Shown here in pieces: positions 25,594 through 37,940 of a stretch of 64,000 nucleotides of DNA; position 1 is the first letter of the stretch; every line of letters starts with the position of its first letter. The position numbers and the translations under genes were made by a program. The notes beneath the pieces are model-generated. The model searched no databases. It was not told the origin of the DNA and saw only the letters and a list, made by a program, of their open reading frames with translations. This DNA is from Azolla caroliniana (taxonomy: Eukaryota; Plantae; Polypodiophyta): assembly GCA_043228905.1 (NCBI GenBank), contig JBHGNT010000011.1, positions 19,840,001 through 19,904,000 on the forward strand, given 5' to 3'.

Positions 25594-28386
25594 ATGAGTC
25601 ACAATGATGAGACTGATGCTGAAGGAGATATGGAACACCAATGTGATTTAGGTAATCCTATCACCGCCAGTAGTGACCAACATATGTTCTGCTTCCCCAA
25701 CAAGAACAAGCTTCAAGACAATGGCCATAATAATAAGACCACCTCTGGTATTGTTGTCATGAATGATCTTGGGAAGTCCATGACCTTGGTCAGTTGGAAG
25801 GAGATGAAGGTACAGGCCTGCCTGGCTGGACCCCTCATCATGGGCAACCTCCTCAGCTTCCTCCTGCAGATGGTCTCTCTCATCTTTGTCGGCCATTGCG
25901 GGGAGCTCGAGCTTTCGGGTGCCTCCATAGCTAACTCCTTTGCTACCGTCACTGGCTTCAGTGTTGTGGTATGCCTTATCATTCTTAAATGACAAAAACT
26001 GTTGCTTTCCCCCTCTCTCCCCCCTCAAAAGCAAAACAAAACAATACAACCAATCCAACTTAACTTGATTTGTATCTATCACATTGTAGCTAGGCATGGG
26101 TGCTGCTCTAGAGACGTTATGTGGACAAGCTTACGGGGCAGGTCAATACGAGAAGCTCGGAATTTACCTTCAGAGAGCGATCTTGGTCCTCAATACCACA
26201 TCTATTCCTCTAGCTCTGTTATGGGCCAACATGGAGACTTTACTTGTTTTCCTTGGCCAGGATGCTCAAATAGCAAGCAAAGCAGGAACATATGCAAAAT
26301 GGATTATTCCTACATTGTTTGCATCATCGACAAGCCAACCATTTGTCAAATTTCTTCAATCACAAAGCGCAGTTTCCCCACTCTTTTTCATCTACATGTG
26401 CACGTTGATCCTCCATGTGCCCATCTGTTGGTTCATGGTGTTCAAATCCGGCATGGGTTATGTTGGGGCAGCCATTGCCAACAGCATTTCGTATTGGCTG
26501 AATGTTCTCCTTATCTCACTTTATGTCAAGTTTTCGAGTAAGTTTGCAAAGACCAGGGCACCGCTGTCTTGGAAAGCACTTGAAGATTGGAGAGAGTTCT
26601 TCAGATTAGCTATTCCATCGGCTGCAATGATATGGTGTTTACGATACACATATACACTAGTACTAGTTTGCTGATATGCAAGTGCCAAACAGAATTTACC
26701 TCAATTTTTTTTTTTTTTTTGTCACGGTTTTCTCGTCACAGTTTGCAGTGGTGGTCGTCCGAGATGTTGGTGATTCTTTCGGGGTTATTAAGTAATCCTG
26801 AGCTCCAAACAGCAACAATCTCTATATGGTACATGACATATATGGTTAGAGATTTCATGGAGATTAGCACTTGATAACATCTTCTTCTTTTTTTCTTTTC
26901 TCTTCTTCAGCATGAGCACAGAGCTATTGATTTTTACGATACCCATGGGTTTTGGAGCAGCTGCCAGGTGAGGCCTTTAAATGTGAAACTCCAAAGGGGA
27001 GGGGAGTTTACAACAAGTATTTGCATGTTCACTCGAATGCCTGCAAGTATTTGCATTATGGGGCATGCTGAATTGTTTGAAATCTTTATGTCCATCTGTG
27101 AATTCTCCAACAACAAGTTGCATATTTTACCAATAGTTGTTAACAATTGATTTGTATATATTGGACAAATCGGTTAATATGTTTTCCAGCACCAGAGTTG
27201 CTAACGAGCTAGGGGCAGGTAATCCATGGGCGGCCCGAGCTGTGGTGAGCGCCGCACTTGCACTTACCTTCAGCATGGCCATGCTTGTTGCATGTTTCTT
27301 GCTCCTAGTTCGGAATGTATGGGGTCATGTGTATAGCAATGAGGAAGAGGTCATCGACAGTGTGAAAGGGCGGGCTCATTCCTTTGCTCGCGCTGTCCAC
27401 GACAGTAGATGGCCTGCAAGCTGTCCTCTCAGGTATGTATATATCGATATTCATACATACATATCGGTGAAGTCTCCGGAATACCCCTGAGTTTTCGGTT
27501 ACTTCCACAAATGCCCCCAGTTTTTTGTTAGTTTTGGTTACCTCCCTGAAGAAAAAAATTAATCTGGGGATCAATTGACACATAATTGTCAGAAGGGGAT
27601 TTGATGGGGGCATTTTCGGAAATAAGGTAAGAGTCGGGTATTTTTTTGTGTTTCCCCCTTTATTATAGCAATCACAAAATTCTGTTTTGATGAAGCTGAT
27701 TCAACAAGGATGCGTTTATATCGATGTTGGTTTAGCCTTGTTTTCGGCATTTTGATTTGTGTGGGTGGCCTTAGGTGTTGCAAGGGGTGCTGGGTGGCAA
27801 AAATCCGGAGCCTTCCTTAACTTGGGCTCATTCTATGTTGTCGGGTTGCCCGTTGGTTGTGTGCTCGCATTTTTGTTTCATCTTCAATGCATGGTATATC
27901 CATGAAAACCATAAAACAATAACTTTGATGAACAAGGAAATTTAATATGTCTTTTTACCACGAAATTTCATTGATTTAGAGACCAGATAAAATGTTAACT
28001 ATTTCCTTGTGTCTAGAGAGTTTCTAACGGGCACTTTAATGTTTTGCTAAATTTACATCGACCTTAACAAATTCTTGTTTGCTACTTTGATGTTTTGAAT
28101 GCACTAGGGTCTTTGGCTCTGGTTGATAAGTGGTGCATCTGTACAACTGGTTTCCTATTTAATAATCATCACTCGTTTCACTGATTGGAAAAAAGAGGTA
28201 AAGGGATGTTAATGCTAGTCAATCCTTTTTGTATGTTGTTGGTCTCGTCACATGGTAAGGAAACATGGATTTAGTACTAACAAGCTTTTATTTGTGTGAG
28301 GATATAAATAGGCTGAGAAAGCGGTATTGCGAATGAGTTCACCTTATACATTAGCTATTGAACCCCTCCTCAGTGCTGATAAATAA
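25594..28386 (+). pseudogene. MATE/DTX paralog with frameshift (probable pseudogene)
   Basis: Exons 25594-25968, 26090-26634, 26742-26828, 26911-26967, 27190-27432, 27775-27893, 28108-28197 and 28312-28386. Exon 5 is 243 nt versus 239 nt in copy 1 because GGGC is duplicated at 27368-27375. CLEWWSYE has become CLQWWSSE. Confidence 0.88.
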
Positions 28387-29099
28387 AGTAACTTCATGGG
28401 CATGAAAGTATATGGCACTTTCCAAGAACGAATAAATTAAATTAAAGAGAGGTTTTCCAATAGATCTAAACATATGATGATTGTGTGTTTTTTCCCATCG
28501 GACTCGAACACATTAGCAAGATAAAAAGGAAGTTAGCAAGATTTCTCTATTGAAAGCCACAAAATGACGAGAATATATATCATATTCATGTAATATTGTT
28601 TACTTTCTCTTGAGAGTGTAAAATTTGATTGTGAGGCCAATTGGTTTAATTGGAAAACAACATCTATGTGATTTGAAAAGGTATTTGAAATTTTTGGTGG
28701 GCCAACAAATACACACGAGAAAATGTTGTTATTGTCATTTTGCACTAGCAAACTTTTGGCCTTTTGGGTCATTTATAAAATTTGCATTTAATTTAAAATA
28801 AGACAAAGAGAAGTGGATTATTTAACATGTCATAAAAATAGCTGCCAAAATACATAATTGGATCTCGTAATTATTTTCATTATCATTGCTAGATTGTATT
28901 TTCTATCTTTTGTGGATTGTATAGCAAACACCACCATATAGTATTTCGGATAATTGTACTCATACGCGTAACTAATTTGCAAAGTAGTTGCATTAAGTTA
29001 TCATGCAAGATAAGGAGATCGGAGTTGTGTTAATTAGAACATACATCTTGATGGTGGGTAATAGTAACACTGAAGTAGATTGAGATTAAAATATACCAC

Positions 29100-29900
29100 A
29101 TGAACCGTCTCGTCGTAGTCGATTTCGTGGGTCTACACGTATCCTTTGCCACTAACTGGGCCTTATACCGATTGACTGAACCGTAAGCATTATACTTTAC
29201 CTTGTACACCCACTTGCAACCGATCATTTTGCAATGTCGGGGAGGATCAACCGGGTCCCATATGTCGTTGGCATCGAGTGCTCGCATGTCTTCCTTCATA
29301 GCGGCACGCCAATGTGCGTAACTCTTCGGCTCACGCACTTTTGCCATTTTTTTCATGTACGCATAGTGATGCGCATGTACTCGTTATAAAACCATATCGC
29401 TTCATGGGGTTCTTTTGGCGGGTGAACCGACGTAACTTCTCGTTAGCCGATTTTAGGGCCCTCTTGACAGGCTTAGACTTTGTTCCCGAAGGGCCATCTT
29501 CATTCTTTCTGGAGTGGGATTCGCTACGATTTGACTCGTCTCGACTAGTGACGTATTTCAACATCTTCTTCTTCCTTTTCTCTTTGCGCGTGAACCGTCT
29601 CCTCGGTTCCTTGCGCAAGAAGAGCATGGCCGAGTCTCCACTATTCGTCGACTCGTCATCTAATTGGTCATTCCGACCCAGTCGCTCATTCGGCCCACTT
29701 TGCTGGAATGAAATCGGATTCTCATCTAGAGTACCGAATCCTTCTTCATCTTCTACCTGGATAGTTTCGGGCTCACTGGCCTCATCTTCCGGAATCAGGT
29801 TGGAGTCGGAGGTTGGAGTCGGTAGAAAGTACCATGATGCCGACTCATCAAATTCGACATCTTGGCTTACTCGGATGGTCTTTGTTCGGGGGTGCACATT
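29100..29900 (-). mobile_element. Ty1/copia pol fragment (integrase C-terminus to RT start)
   Basis: VSQDVEFDE, EPKSY..WRAAMKEDMRAL..W, IGCKWVYKVK..YKAQLVAK. Confidence 0.85.
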
Positions 29901-31943
29901 AAAAATTTGTTGAGGATAAACACTTGTTTCTAGAAGGAAAAAAGGATCATTTTGCCTTATGACATGATTACCATGACTCTAAATAGGCAACTTCTTTAGT
30001 ATGAACCTCAAAATTAATATAACCTCAGAGTTAATATAAATGAATTGACAAAAGCCAAAGAAGTCCAAGGAAAAGCAATGGACTCACAAAAAACAAAGTT
30101 GGAACTACTAATATCAAATGCAAGAAAATAAGAAAACCCAAATGTTTAAACTTCAACCACATTTAGCATGAAGATAACCGAAGTTTAAAACATAAGATAT
30201 AATTGGTGAATGATCATCAATGAAGAGATGGAACAATATGTTCGCTTTAAATGCACGATGGGATAGTGCCAATGACATCAAATATTGGAACATCATATAA
30301 TGCACATGTAGTCCATCATAGGAAAGCGACATATGCAACTTTAATGACATGTGACCTCTTGACATACATACAGTAGACCACAAACTCATCAATGGATAGC
30401 AACTATCATGGATCAAGCTATCAGGCAAGGTTCTCAGAGGATTAGCTCGTGAATTGGATTAAATCAATCTATAAAGGATGTCGAGATAAAAATTTGGTAT
30501 CCAAATATCATGGCCAAGTTATATAGTGCTATCATGGAATAAATGATTATCTCGTGATTTGAACATCATTAAATGATAAATTTACAGTTAGAGAAAAAAT
30601 GATTATCTCGAGATTGATTTTGAGATACAAACACAAATGAGCATACATAGATTTATGTGGAAAACCCTGAATCCGAGGAAAAACCACGGAGCAAACCGAT
30701 TTCCACTATGAGACAGGGAATGCAAAGCATATAACGATAGAACCTGTTTAGGTATGGATGTACTCCCTGGTTGTGTCTAAAACCACAGTTTCAGCCGAGT
30801 CCACCAAACTCTAACTTGTTTGTATCTACCACTTTCGAGGCTCTTAGAACTTCTTTGCTCTACCTCTCTTTCTTTTCTTCCTCTCATGCTCAACTACAAC
30901 ACTGTGTCTCTCTCACAGTCCACACTGTTTTAGCGCTTTGTTCTTCTCACTCGGCTTTGCTCACGCTACTCAGAGTTCTACTCTCGTGTTAGTTCTCTGT
31001 TCTCTTCGCGCTCTCTCACAAGCTCAGCTCTCTATGTGTGCTCTGTTCACTTTTTCTTCACTTAGTCTCAGGTATATGTGCTCTCTGTTCAGTTTTTCTT
31101 CACTTATGTGTGCAAGTAATAACTAACATAAAACATAATATACATAGATTGCCACATGCGTGATATTCTCCATGCGTAATATTCGCAATATTTGAGAATA
31201 CGAAATGGCCCCAAGAATATTAAAAAACCATTCGTTTTGCAAAATAAAAATAAAAAAATTATTTATTTATTTAAATAAATTTATTTCACTAAGAAAAGAA
31301 CAATTATTCATTAAAAGATTATAGTGTCAAGAGAGTTTATAAAACTTATTTTAATTAATTAATCATTTTTTGAGTTAAATGAATACTTGACCACCCATTC
31401 GTATTCGTATTTGTTTGCATTTGAATGCGAAACCTGATGAATACGAATATGTCAATCTATGAATATTCGACTATTCGGTCCACTTCCATTCGATGGACTC
31501 TCATTCAACATTTTGGCCGATTTTGGCCAACCGACTCTCGTTAGGTCTCTCGGCCAATTTTCGGCTTTTCAACCGTTTTCCCCATCATGAGGGACAGGCT
31601 TCCATAACAAACTCCCCCTTCACTCCTATATGGGGGGGAGTCGACCAGACCAATTTTTCGCCGACAAGCGACGAGTTTTTCCATAGATAAAATTTTAGTA
31701 AACATGTCTAATCCATTATCATTGGTATGGAACTTCGCTAAAACAAACTCATTTTCATCCACTCTCTCTCGTAACCAGTGATACCTTCTTTGATTGTGCT
31801 TCTTAATGTGGATCGGTTAGAGTCTACATCACCCAACATATCAAAATCTGTGAAACCTTCGAGCATAGGTTTCCCGGTGTCGTGGAGAAAACCGGCCTTA
31901 GGTGGAATCAAGGAATTAGGCACGTGAATCGGCGCTTACGCGT

Positions 31944-34900
31944 TGTCATGAAGATTTCGGGCCACAGTGAGAAATTAGAGAATATCGGAAGAATCTGCGG
32001 GGTGGAGCATGTGCACTCACCCTTGTACGAAGCGTGTAAATGATACGGGCGTCATCATGACGCCAGACAGTAGCTAATTCGGGACAGAGGATCCCATGTA
32101 ATAAGGGATTTATCCCACATTGTTACACATCCCTCTCCTTGTTCTATAAAAGGAGGGGAGTGCCCTTTGTGAAGGGGTTGCCCATTTTGTGTTAGAGGGT
32201 ATACCGTTAGATTAGGGTTAGGTGGTTCTATCTTGGTAGTTTCTTTTTTTTTTTCTCCTTCTTCTTCTTCTTCGTCGCATGGGTCGAGAGTTCGTGTCTG
32301 TTTAGGGTTTGTTTCTACTCGGTTTCCTGTGCAAGACCCCGCTCGGCACGACGAGCCCGAGAGCTCCCCCGATCTGCGGCTTGGCAACAGACTACTGTTG
32401 TAACCTAACCTACCTTGGTCCGGCTCGAAGTCGGGGATGTACTCTTTCCCTTGTAATATACATACTCGTATCTATTTGTGCATTTCGATGTATTTGGTGG
32501 TGTCGGAAGCACAACCTTGCTTCCTTTGCATAAGAGTCGGTGTCGCGCGCACGCTCTCCCTCTCCCTTTGTCTCTCTCTCTCTCTCTCGTGTTCGGTTGC
32601 ACCCGGGTCATGTCCGGTGTCGGTTTTCTTGGCATCCCTCTTCTCCCTCGTCCGAGACCCCCGTGGTCCTGCCCCTTTTACACACACGTGCGTAATAACG
32701 CGACATATTTGGTGAACCCGACATGAAGGGCGGCAAGGGAGAATGGAGCTGGAAGAAGACGAGTTTGTGCAGCTTTTAGTCGAAGCGGTGAGGGAGTTTG
32801 GACGAGCAACAACAAGACGAGAGACGACGCAACAAGCGGTTGAGCGAGTGGTCGAAAGAGTCGGCCGTTTCAATGGGGACAAAGTCCCATTTTACCTGGA
32901 AGCCTACGATGCGGAAATGGAGGAGCGAGACGTAGCCGAGGTGTTGAGGCTAGAATTCTTCTGTCGGGTCATTGTCGTCCGTATGCACGCGGAAGTGAAG
33001 GAGCTCCGAGAAGCTCACAGTTTGTGGGAGGCCTTCGAAGAGGCGCTCCTGCAAGCATATGGGGGACGGCGGAAGAGCCATGGACGACGCGGCTTCGACC
33101 AGTGGGTAGCATTGGCAAAGACCCACCGGGGCGCAACGAAGGCGTTCCGAGAGTTCGAGTGACGGCTTGCTCGGCTCCCGGAGCAGGAACAAGGTTTGGT
33201 GGGGGCGGACAAAGTCCTGTTGTTCGTTAAGTCGATCGACCGAGTGGAACGGGAGGCCATCGAGATTGAGCTCAAAGACGAGGATGGAGCGAATGGCCTC
33301 ACGGAGGACTGGTCGAAGGTCGGAAGGGTATGTCAACGGCTAGATGATGAGCGAGCCGAGAAGGCTAAGGGGAAGGCACACAACGGCGTGCCATCACATC
33401 GGGAAGAGGCCGAACAACAAAGAGAGTTGGCAAGGCTCGGCTTCGGGGCCAGGATTGCAGAGGCGTACGCAGCTCTCGAGGCGATGCTCGAGGAAGAGGA
33501 AAGACCGAGGCCGCGAGTCGAGACCGAGGAGATGAACTTGCCCCACGAAGAGGCAGAACATTGGTACAACGGTACAACGGAAGAGGGTTCGGAACAAAAC
33601 GCCCTCTCGGCTTGCGGAGATAGAACGGCCGAGGACAAGGCCGAGGTACCGATCGCAGAATCGGAACGTTGGGACCGGCGGTTTCGGGCACGTCAGCCCG
33701 GAATTCCGGACATTGAAGAAGTAAGCCCAGGCGGGGCTTGCGCGATCGGTAAGAAGACGACCACCGACAATGAGGAGTCGGTGGCTATGGACAAGGGCGT
33801 AAAACGGACGAGCGATTCTTCGCGTCTTCCCACACTTGCTCCCGAGACGATGGCAGTCGGGCCCGAGTGCCAAAGTGAGCCCCAAGAGGAGGAAGGCGGT
33901 GGTGTGAGACCAAGAATTGCCGGCGAAACGATACGGGAAAGAAACGAACAAGAGCCCTCGAGACCAAATCCGGAGAACTCGGCGTTCGGGCCCTTACACC
34001 CATGTGAGACCGAGGAGATGGATAACGGTATTGAGGAGTCCAAGAAACGACCCGACCGGGGACCGAACCGCTCGGCACTCCGATTCGGTTGGAGCACGAT
34101 CCAATTGTGGATTGTTCGACCGGGGCCAAAATCGGCATGAGGGTGCTAATACGGGAGAGGGTGCGGAACGAGCTGTCCTCTTTTACATGGGGAGAAAGAC
34201 CGACCGAGCGAAGGTCGGCATCAGAGCCGAAACTCCGGACATTGGAGAATCAAGCCCAGGCGGGGCTTGGTTCACAAAGTGGATGATTTCCACTGACACC
34301 ACTCAAAGGGTCGGTGGCCCCGGACGAGTCGCCGAAAGACGTTACGAAATCGGTTACCCTACATCTTGTCCGGAAACTTCTGCAGTTCGGTCGACATGGC
34401 AACGTGAGACCGAAAGAGATGGAAGATGGAGGCAGGAGCACAACGAGGAGAGCGACGAAGAGTTCGGGAGAAGTACAAGGGATGAAGCGAAGAACGAAGC
34501 CCAGTCCTGCGGAGATCCTCACACCGATTCGGCTGTCGGCCCGAGTGCCGGCGTGAGTCCTATAGGAGAGATAGGTGGCGACAGGAGAATGGGACCCGAC
34601 AATCCAGAGAATGATGGGTGAACCCGGATGAGAATGGGGCGGAACGAACTTCCGGATAACTAATCCAGAAGAGAGGAGAGAGCAGGCCTACGAAGAGGCC
34701 GGGAGCACGGTATGTCGATACCACGGGGGAGGGTGTGGAGCGAGCCACCCTCTCGACTTGCGGATAAGGGTCAAAGACTAAACGGAGGCCCGAGGAGGAT
34801 CCTTCACACCGGTTCTAGAGACTCCGACAGTGGGCCCAAGAGCCGGCGTGAGACCTAGAGAAGCGAACAGTGGCGACGAGGGGACAAAGGCAAAGGGACT

Positions 34901-37190
34901 GCGGATGGGCGGTCTACGGAGATCCTCACACCGATCCGGTTGTCGGCCCGAGTGCCGGCGTGAGTCCTATAAGAGAGATTGGTGGCGACAGGTGAACGTG
35001 ACCAGCAGAAGAGGCCGACGCAAAGGTTGGGAAAACGGCAAGTGGTGTTGCCACGACCTTACACACTTCAGTTCTCGAGTCTCCGACAGCCGACAACGAG
35101 AGCCGGCGTGAGACCTAGAGAGAAGAATGGTGGCGGCGGCAAGGCGGGCGACCGAGACAACAAAAGGGGAGGTCTCGCGGAGATCCTCACACCGATCCGG
35201 CGGTCGGCCCGAGAGCCGACGTGAGTCCTATAGGAAAGATCGGTGGCGGCAGGTGAATGTGATTGGACGATGGAAAGCAGAGCGAAAGGAGGTATGAGGC
35301 CGGCGAGGCGGCCACGAACCAGATACGGGCCTGACTGGTAGGGTCGACAAGACATAGATTAGACGTGCTTGGTACACGAGTCGGTGACCCAACAAAACGG
35401 AGGCCCGAGAAGGATCCTTCACACCTGCCTGGAGACCCCGGTTGTTCGGCCGACGTGGCAACGTGAGATCGAGGGTAATGGAAGGTGGCGGCAAGGGGAC
35501 AAAGGCGGCGACAACAGAGGCACCGACCAGCCGAGGCATTACGAGAACGAAGGAGGCCATGTGGGCCAAGACGTGGCAAGGGTGATCTTCTGGTAAGCTG
35601 TCGGGGACACCCAGTAAAGGAGCGGTGTGCCGAGCTGAAAAGGGCACACCCGAAAGCAAAACGGAAGGCGTGCGTGTGGCCACCGAGGGCCAAAGCAAAG
35701 CATGGGTACGAGACGGTGCTCGACATAGATGGTGCCGAGCAAGGCGGAAGACGGCACACAGTGGTGTCAGGAACGAGAACACGGGCGCGCGTAAACAGAC
35801 TACGCAAAATGGAGACCGGAAACAAGGTAGATGGCCGGAGAGGGATCCTCCACACCGGGTCCCGGAGACCTTGGCAGCTCGAGCCAACGCGGCAATGTAA
35901 GACCAAGGAGAAGGAAGGTGGTGACGAGGGGACGACTGCAAGCGGAAGGCTCTAAACCGGTGGCAGCAGCGCAAGACGAAAGTGGCCAAGCTGGCTACTA
36001 CGAGGTGTTCCTCGGGCGGAGGGCACAATGTATCTGAAGGAACGAGAAGTGTGCATGAGGTCGAAAGAAGGGCCAACAACGGGGCACGCGTGCTACGGGA
36101 TCACGGCAGACAACCTATTGACGGGTCGAATGAGCCTACGGAGAGACAAGCGCGAAGGATGAACCGGAGGCGACGGTTCAAACCGGCAACGGTCGACGCA
36201 GCAAGCCGGGATGCAGGCCACGGAGGACCGTTTTCTCACTGGCCCGAGTCGAATGAGCCTACGGAGAGACAAGCGCGAAGGATGAACCGGAGGCGACGGT
36301 TCAAACCGGCAACGGTTGACGCAGCAAGCCGGGATGCAGGCCACGGAGGACCGTTTTCTCACTGGCCCGAATCTTTCACCTTTCTCCAGATTTGGCACGT
36401 ACCAGTGGACATGTGGTTTGGTCGGGGCGGATGTTGCGAAGATTTCGGGCCACAGTGAGAAATCGGAGAATATCGGAAGAATCGGCGGGGTGGAGCATGT
36501 GCACTCACCCTTGTACGAAGCGTGCAAATGATAGGGGTGCCATCATGACGCCGAACAATAGCTAATTCGGGACAGAGGATCGCATGTAATAAGGGATTTA
36601 TCCCACATTGTTACGCATCCCTCTCCTTGTTCTATAAAAGCAGGGGAGCGCCCTTTGTGAAGGGGTTGCCCATTTTGTGTTAGAGGGTATACCGTTAGAT
36701 TAGGGTTAGGTGGTTCTATCTTGGTAGTTTCTTCCTTTTTTTCTCCTTCTTCTTCTTCGTCGCATGGGTCGAGAGTTCGTGTTTGTTTAGGGTTTGTTTC
36801 TACTCGGTCTCCTGTGCAAGACCCCGCTCGGCACGACGAGCCCGAGAGCTCCCCCGATCTGCGGCTTGGCAACAGACTGCTGTTGTAACCTAACCTACCT
36901 TGGTCCGGCTCGAAGCCGGGGATGTATTCTTTCCCTTGTAATATACATACTCGTATCTATTTGTGCATTTCGGTTTATTTGGTGGTGTCGGAAGCACAAC
37001 CTTGCTTCCTTTGCATAAGAGTCGGTGTTCCACGCACGGTCTCCCTCTCCCTTTGTCTCTCTCTCTCTCTCTTGTTTTCGGTTGCACGCGGGTCGTTTCC
37101 GGTGTCGGTTTTCTTGGCATCCCTCTTCTCCCTCGTTCAAGACCCCCGAGGTCCCACCCCTTTTACACGCAGGCGCGTAATAACGCGACA
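31944..37190 (+). mobile_element. Non-autonomous gag-only LTR retrotransposon (Ty3/gypsy-like), tRNA-Trp primed
   Basis: LTRs 31944-32705 and 36432-37190 (TG..CA, a few percent diverged by eye). PBS TGGTGAACCCGACATGAA at 32710-32727. gag-like frame 32743-34140 with one internal TGA at 33160. No protease, RT or integrase motifs. Degenerate 4-bp TSD GCGT/ATGT. Confidence 0.88.
36125..36370 (+). repeat. Tandem duplication, 2 x 123 bp
   Basis: Units 36125-36247 and 36248-36370, with one C/T difference seen. Confidence 0.95.
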
Positions 37191-37940
37191 ATGTGAGCAT
37201 GGAAACCAACACTTTGTGCATAACTAGGAATAGGTCGGCGTAATGTGAATATCCTAGGTAGAGTATATGAATAGGTTAGTAAATCAAAGAGGATTTCTGT
37301 TCGAGAGGACAGAGAATAAAGGTGATGTGACCAAGATGTAACGGTCCCTCCCCAACGGCCTATGAAAGGAAGGGGAGAAGACTGAGATTAATATCGCGTT
37401 TTGGCGAGGACGGAGTGCTGTCGAATTGGGAACCGAGCTTTCTCCTCCTCTATTATGTTCCCTACAGGTTCTTGGTCGGTTGCCTTTGCTTTGAGGAAAG
37501 CCTGAGTGCTTCCGATAGTGGCCCAATGTGTGCGTGAGAGTGTATGTGTCTGTGTTGGGTCTGTTGTCGGCTCGCCGGTTATAATCTTGCAAAGTTGTAG
37601 TCTTTATTGTTGGATCAATTCTCCTGTTTGTTGTCTCTCTGTGCTTTCTGTGTGTTTCCCTTTTTACTGTCTCGTGGGTGCGCATCTTTGTTCGTTTTGT
37701 ACACGTGGTCGCGATTCATTCGGCCGGTAAGCGCCGCTTGCCGGAAGCAGGCATTCGCCGGTTCGACACTTGGGTTCTCCTCTCTCCTCTTGTTTCTTGG
37801 ACTCCTCGATCCAAGGCCTCCGTGTTCCCGCCTTAGTTTCCTACGTGAGAGCGTAACAACACGACACTGGAGCCATACCTAAGGCATACACTCAAAGTAT
37901 CGTTCAGGTATCTGAGTATCCATTTCACAGATGTCCAATG

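Larger units (their letters stand above)
20921..28897 (+). repeat. Segmental duplication, copy 2
   Basis: Co-linear with 5798-11904. It carries a longer LINE remnant and a hAT MITE that copy 1 lacks. Confidence 0.9.
31878..37866 (+). mobile_element. Family-A solo LTR, split by an insertion at 31944-37190
   Basis: Starts TGTCGTGGAGAAAACC and ends GCGTAACAACACGACA. TSD CCGG/CTGG. Removing it restores the host copia reading. Confidence 0.85.

Noticed and set aside
29905-30573. Possible further LTR split by the 30574 copia
   Set aside because: No convincing CA end, TSD or second copy was found.
33160-33162. In-frame TGA in gag as programmed readthrough
   Set aside because: It sits mid-capsid and is most simply CGA->TGA CpG decay. 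No pol follows.
34500-35900. Repeats separated by variable sequence, superficially CRISPR-like
   Set aside because: Units are degenerate and irregularly spaced, the 'spacers' resemble each other, there are no cas genes, and the array lies inside a eukaryotic LTR element.
32950-36530. Many long overlapping antisense and alternative-frame ORFs
   Set aside because: Expected from high GC content and scarce stop codons. None has a recognisable domain.
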